Below are positions 59,749 through 64,000 of a stretch of 64,000 nt of DNA, in pieces (position 1 is the first letter of the stretch; every line of letters starts with the position of its first letter). The position numbers and the translations under genes are program-made. Below the pieces are notes generated by a model. The model searched no databases and had not been told where the DNA came from. It was given only the letters and a program-made list of their open reading frames with translations. Source of the DNA: Deinococcales bacterium (GTDB lineage: Bacteria; Deinococcota; Deinococci; Deinococcales; JAAFIG01); assembly GCA_031414595.1 (NCBI GenBank), contig JANNVX010000067.1:1-64000 (forward strand), written 5' to 3'.

Positions 59749-60510
59749 ATGAAACGGTACTTATTCCCACTTGGCTTCTTGCTGATAATTGGTTGTGCGC
59801 CCGCCAACAGCACCACTAGCGCCCCAACAGTGATAAAAGGTTCAGGTGACATTACAAGTACCATCGAACAATACCGTCAATTGCTTGGCGGTATAGATAA
59901 CAACGGAGAACCAGGCTCGAGAAGCACAGGATACCGAGAAATAAACTGGGATAGCTTGCCCAACGAACTGTCAGCTCCCAATTTTTACACCCCAGATTTC
60001 TTTAATGCCTCCACAGCCCCTCGAGCCAGAGGCGCAGTTCTCAGTACCCCAGGAAAAGGTTTAATGGTTAGCGCCAGCAATAACAATCCGACTGGCACAT
60101 TGCCAAGATTTGGAAACATCAACCCAACCTATGTCAATAGTTTTAAGACCTTTAGCAGCGAACGCTTATTTTCACCAATTGGTAGTAACATTGCCGAAAT
60201 TCGTTTTTATGTACCAGGAACAAATACCCCAGCCGCCGTGCAAGGTTTTGGGGCGGTTTACACTGATGTGGACACTGACCATACTGCCTTTGAGTATTTT
60301 GATATTAAAGGTAATCTACTCGGTTCTTTTGCAACGCCAATTGCCGACAATGGACTATCGTTTCTAGGTGTAGTTTTTAAGCAAGCAATTGTTCATAAAG
60401 TACGAATTCAGTATGGTACTGCCGCATTAGGAGCGGATGACAGTCTAAGCAATGATGTTGCAGTTATGGATAATTTTGTCTACGGCGAACCAAAAGCCAT
60501 TCAGCCATAA
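59749..60510 (+). CDS. Hypothetical lipoprotein
   Basis: AGGAGG RBS, lipobox IIGC; REINWD, GFGAVYTDVD and MDNFVYGEP motifs. Confidence 0.8.
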   Translation: MKRYLFPLGFLLIIGCAPANSTTSAPTVIKGSGDITSTIEQYRQLLGGIDNNGEPGSRSTGYREINWDSLPNELSAPNFYTPDFFNASTAPRARGAVLSTPGKGLMVSASNNNPTGTLPRFGNINPTYVNSFKTFSSERLFSPIGSNIAEIRFYVPGTNTPAAVQGFGAVYTDVDTDHTAFEYFDIKGNLLGSFATPIADNGLSFLGVVFKQAIVHKVRIQYGTAALGADDSLSNDVAVMDNFVYGEPKAIQP

Positions 60511-60565
60511 CATGAAGATGTTCCCCTTGAAAATCTGCTCGAGAGGTCTTGGCATTATAATTCAA

Positions 60566-61192
60566 TCAAGCCATCAATGACAAAGAACCCGTCACGGCTG
60601 CCAGAATTTTTTCATGGATTACATCGGCGGTTTGGGTTGCATCCAAAACCAAGAAACGTTCTGGTTCGGCTCTGGCTAACTCGAGAAACCCAGCCCTGAC
60701 TTTTTGATGAAACCCCAAATCAGCTTGCTCGAGTCGGTCTGGAGTACCAACTCTAGCAGCCCGTTCTAAGCCCAGTTTCGGCTCGAGGTCAAGCAGTACG
60801 GTTACATGTGGGCGAAGTCCGCCCGTGGCTTCCCAAGTCACTTCACGCAGAAAATCCAGGTTTAAGCCCCGCCCAAAACCTTGATAGGCAAGGCTCGAGT
60901 CAAAGAATCGGTCACAAATCACCACATAATTACCAGCTAAATTTGGCACGATGATGTCTCTACAAAGTTGCGCTCTGGAAGCACTGAACAGTAAAAATTC
61001 AGATAAAGCTGTAATCTCGAGGTCTGGATTGAGCAAAGCCGCCCGCACTGCATCACCCAGAGGTGTTCCACCCGGTTCTCGAGTCAGTAGCACCGCATAA
61101 CCCGCCCGTTCTAAGGCAGCTTTTAAGAGTTTGGTTTGGGTGCTTTTGCCAGCCCCTTCAGGTCCTTCAAATGTAATAAAAACACCGGGCAT
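60566..61192 (-). CDS. tmk: Thymidylate kinase
   Basis: FITFEGPEGAGKSTQ, TREPGGT and CDRFFDSSLAYQG motifs. Confidence 0.97.
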   Translation of the reverse strand: MPGVFITFEGPEGAGKSTQTKLLKAALERAGYAVLLTREPGGTPLGDAVRAALLNPDLEITALSEFLLFSASRAQLCRDIIVPNLAGNYVVICDRFFDSSLAYQGFGRGLNLDFLREVTWEATGGLRPHVTVLLDLEPKLGLERAARVGTPDRLEQADLGFHQKVRAGFLELARAEPERFLVLDATQTADVIHEKILAAVTGSLSLMA

Positions 61193-61280
61193 GTTGTCCT
61201 TTTTGTGCAGCGCAAAAAGATACCACACAGGCAAGTGTAACGTTTCGTTTTTGGATAAACCATGTCAGAATGAAAATGTT

Positions 61281-62543
61281 ATGCGCTTTATTTTTTATGT
61301 CCTGATACTTTCTTTGTTGGCTTGCAGCAAAAGCGGTCAAACTGTGGTTTTGCAACCAGCCCCTATTGAGAACACGGCGGTACTCGCCAGTACAGTCACC
61401 ACTAAAGTCGTGACTGTTTCGAGCCAGACTGTACCTGAACCTGTGAAAGCCTCACCTGCGCTGTTTAACGCGGCTGGATGCGCTATACCGCTAACGCCAA
61501 CCCAATTTATTAAACCGCCAGCCGTTCCTAAAGGCATCACTGGTAGAGTTGGTTTATTCGTCGGACGTTTTAGCCGTGGCACAAAAGAATTTACGTTAGA
61601 ACAAGCCACTTGGCAAAATCCCCAAGGGCAATATCCCTTGGCAAGCAATTTCAAAACCAGTGTTTTATTTGAAGTGTTGCGTGGTGTGGACAGTGGCAAA
61701 ATTAAACTCGAGGAGCGTTTTAATGTCACCAAAGGCAACCAGAGTTACGGGCGTTATCCTTATGACAACACCCTACTTTTGAATCTGGGGATGGCAATGA
61801 TTTCATGGTCGGACAACACCGCCACTGATATTTTATTTCGGCGCGTGGGTTTGGACGCACTGCAACCCTCAGCCCAACGCTTAGGGCTTTGTAATACCCG
61901 TTTACTATTACCGACCAAAACATGGTGGACTGCCCAAGCTGGACTTGGCGGGGCGGACTTTCCCAAATATAGTTTGGTGGCTGCCACCAAACGCTTTGCC
62001 CAAGCACCCTATGAGACACAATTGGCACTGGCAGAACGCCTAGACCAAAAAGCCCTAAACACCAATGCCGAAACGCTACGCCGATTCCTTGACCAAGGTT
62101 ACTTTGCTGGGCGCAATGGTGGCGTAGAAACCATGAGTCAAATAGACCGCAACCTGCAAAATGCCAGTACCCCACACGAATGGGCAAGATTTATGTGGAA
62201 TGCTTTTGTGAGTTATGACCTAAGCACCTTTGGTCAAAAAAAGTTTAGAGAAATTATGTCCCACGGCAAGGGACGCAGTTATATCCGTGTACCATTCAAG
62301 TATTACGGCGGTAAAAGCGGCAACACCGCCAGAATCCTGACCTATTCGGGGTTTCTCGAGACGCTATCTGGGGATAAAGTCATTTATGTCTACATGAACG
62401 ACTCAAGCCAAAATCTAATCACTCGAGATGAAACCAACTTGGCGTTTAATTACATCAATGCGGCGCTTAAAAAAGTCATTCGTCCAAGCGATTTGGTACG
62501 TCCTAAACCCATAAAATTAGAGAAGCCCAAAGCTAAGAAGTAA
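61281..62543 (+). CDS. Class A beta-lactamase-like serine hydrolase lipoprotein
   Basis: Lipobox LLAC; SNFK (SxxK), SDN and KSG motifs. Confidence 0.85.
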   Translation: MRFIFYVLILSLLACSKSGQTVVLQPAPIENTAVLASTVTTKVVTVSSQTVPEPVKASPALFNAAGCAIPLTPTQFIKPPAVPKGITGRVGLFVGRFSRGTKEFTLEQATWQNPQGQYPLASNFKTSVLFEVLRGVDSGKIKLEERFNVTKGNQSYGRYPYDNTLLLNLGMAMISWSDNTATDILFRRVGLDALQPSAQRLGLCNTRLLLPTKTWWTAQAGLGGADFPKYSLVAATKRFAQAPYETQLALAERLDQKALNTNAETLRRFLDQGYFAGRNGGVETMSQIDRNLQNASTPHEWARFMWNAFVSYDLSTFGQKKFREIMSHGKGRSYIRVPFKYYGGKSGNTARILTYSGFLETLSGDKVIYVYMNDSSQNLITRDETNLAFNYINAALKKVIRPSDLVRPKPIKLEKPKAKK

Positions 62544-62561
62544 TTGTCGTATACTAAATCC

Positions 62562-62849
62562 ATGCTTGCATACAAAGCGATGTTCAAATTTTTAGAAAAT
62601 CAAATCCATGCCGAGGTGTTGGATTTTCCAGGGGTAGTTACTTGTGCTGTAACTCTGACAGAAGCTCGGCGTTTACTCAGCAGTGCTTTGGTAGATATGG
62701 CAGATATTGCTTTACAGCAAGGCGAAGCGTTGCCATTGCCTAATCCTTTGTTGACGGACTTTGAAGCAGACCTTGAAGAACCAATTTACTTACTTCTCGA
62801 GTCAGCTTCTGTGGTCACACACAGCGCAACGGTGTATGAAACGGCGTGA
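62562..62849 (+). CDS. hicB: HicB-family antitoxin
   Basis: AEVLDFPGVVT...EAR..L..AL...GEALP.P pattern. Confidence 0.85.
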   Translation: MLAYKAMFKFLENQIHAEVLDFPGVVTCAVTLTEARRLLSSALVDMADIALQQGEALPLPNPLLTDFEADLEEPIYLLLESASVVTHSATVYETA

Positions 62850-63024
62850 TTTACTGCTGCATTTGGCGGCGGCTGGTTGTGAATTACTGCGTGAAGGCTC
62901 AGAGCATTCTATTTGGTGGAGTCCAAGCACGAAGATGCGGACAAGTATTCCTCGTCATCGTGAAATCAATGACTTCACCGCCGCAAAAATTTGTTTACAA
63001 CTGGGAATTGAAATTCTAAAGTAA
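62836..63024 (+). CDS. hicA: HicA-family toxin
   Basis: MKRRDLL..L...GC.LLREGSEH, IPRHREI and IC.QLGI motifs. Confidence 0.88.
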   Translation: MKRRDLLLHLAAAGCELLREGSEHSIWWSPSTKMRTSIPRHREINDFTAAKICLQLGIEILK

Positions 63025-63025
63025 A

Positions 63026-64000
63026 TCAAACTCGAATAAGCTCGGAATTCTTCGCCACATCCCTAGCACTGCGCCGCCCAAACTGATGTGCCAAATCTCG
63101 TTCCGAGAGTTTTAGTGCCGTTGGTCTGCCATGCGGACACGCCCACGGCACACGACAAGCCCGCAAGGTCTCGAGCAGTGCCGTTGCATCGGCTTTCTCG
63201 AGTTTATGCCCAGCTTTAATGGCAGGCAAGCACGCCATTCGCGCCAGAAAATCGCGCCGAGCATCGGGGGCATTTAAGGCTCGGGATAGCACATCCACCA
63301 CCGTCTCGAGACGAATGCCAATAAAGGCACTGGGAATACTGGCGATGCGGTGCAGTCCGCCGCCGAAGTTCTCGAAGGTAAAACCCCAAGTGATGAGTTC
63401 TTGGCGTTTGGTCTCGAGAGACAGTTCCATGTCGGGCGGCAGGGTCAGCAATTCTGGTTTGGGTAACTCGAGGGTATGGGCGGTTTCAAAACTGTTTTCG
63501 AGTTCTTCAAAAATAATTCGTTCATGGGCAGCGTGTTGGTCGAGTAACCATAAATCGCCGTCGGTACTCTCGGCAAGTAAATAAGTATCGCGGTATGTGC
63601 CAATCAAACGCAATTCTGGGAAACTTGAACGAATGGCTTGTGGAGCTTGAACAATCCGAGGTTCTGGTACACTTGGCGCAAGCGGTTGGGCGTTTAGCAC
63701 TTGGGCAATTGCCGCTTCTACAACTTTTTCGACCTGTTTAGCCTCGAGCAGTGCCACCCGTAATTTGCCCGGATGGGCATTCTGATTGACCAATTCTGGC
63801 GGCACAACAATGTTTAAGACCATACTCGGGGCGTGGTTTTTTGGCAGCAAGGTACTGAAGGCTTTAAGCACCGCATTCTCGATATTGGTCTCGAGTTCAA
63901 CAGGACGGTTGTTAATCGCTACGTGCATTCGGTCGGTGCGTGGACGTGCCAATTCTGGACGGGTAATCACCCCAGAAACCTGCACATTGTCTTGTTCAAA
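63026..64000 (-). CDS. mutL: DNA mismatch repair protein MutL (C-terminal part; 5' end outside window)
   Basis: DQHAAHERIIFE, AC..AIKAG and CPHGRP motifs. Confidence 0.95.
   Translation of the reverse strand, partial: FEQDNVQVSGVITRPELARPRTDRMHVAINNRPVELETNIENAVLKAFSTLLPKNHAPSMVLNIVVPPELVNQNAHPGKLRVALLEAKQVEKVVEAAIAQVLNAQPLAPSVPEPRIVQAPQAIRSSFPELRLIGTYRDTYLLAESTDGDLWLLDQHAAHERIIFEELENSFETAHTLELPKPELLTLPPDMELSLETKRQELITWGFTFENFGGGLHRIASIPSAFIGIRLETVVDVLSRALNAPDARRDFLARMACLPAIKAGHKLEKADATALLETLRACRVPWACPHGRPTALKLSERDLAHQFGRRSARDVAKNSELIRV

Noticed and set aside
61281-62543. Acquired beta-lactam resistance gene
   Set aside because: It has SxxK/SDN/KSG but is a long lipoprotein with insertions in a housekeeping context; hydrolytic activity cannot be inferred.

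Overview
A gene-dense, roughly 48% GC (by eye) bacterial chromosome segment. The proteins point to Deinococcota (Deinococcus-like NrdJ, OmpR regulator, ClpC and CrtO-like protein), as do the many leaderless -10/ATG promoters. Housekeeping genes include uvrC, intein-containing nrdJ, cobT, dxs, tyrS, clpC, tmk and a partial mutL. They are interspersed with envelope/lipoprotein genes, a glycosyltransferase cluster, four small toxin-antitoxin-like pairs and an ArsR-controlled acetyltransferase operon; the 3' end of an IS630-like transposase lies at the left edge. Highlights: (1) a ~10 kb locus (49.1-59.5 kb) with two paralogous STAND-ATPase/TPR/C-terminal SARP-type activators, where three neighbouring promoters share a 17-bp direct-repeat box GTTACAG(C/G)CTCGTTACC exactly 10 nt before a -10 hexamer; these promoters drive a delta-60-repeat lipoprotein, a zinc-ribbon membrane protein, and a 42-aa Trp-repeat lipoprotein plus a fibre-like protein; (2) extreme over-representation of the palindrome CTCGAG (HIP-like); (3) an unannotated leader-peptide attenuator upstream of tyrS; (4) a small dispersed repeat/MITE-like family and several 23-24 bp tandem duplications. 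No rRNA, tRNA or CRISPR array was recognised. All family assignments are from motif recognition by eye, not database searches.
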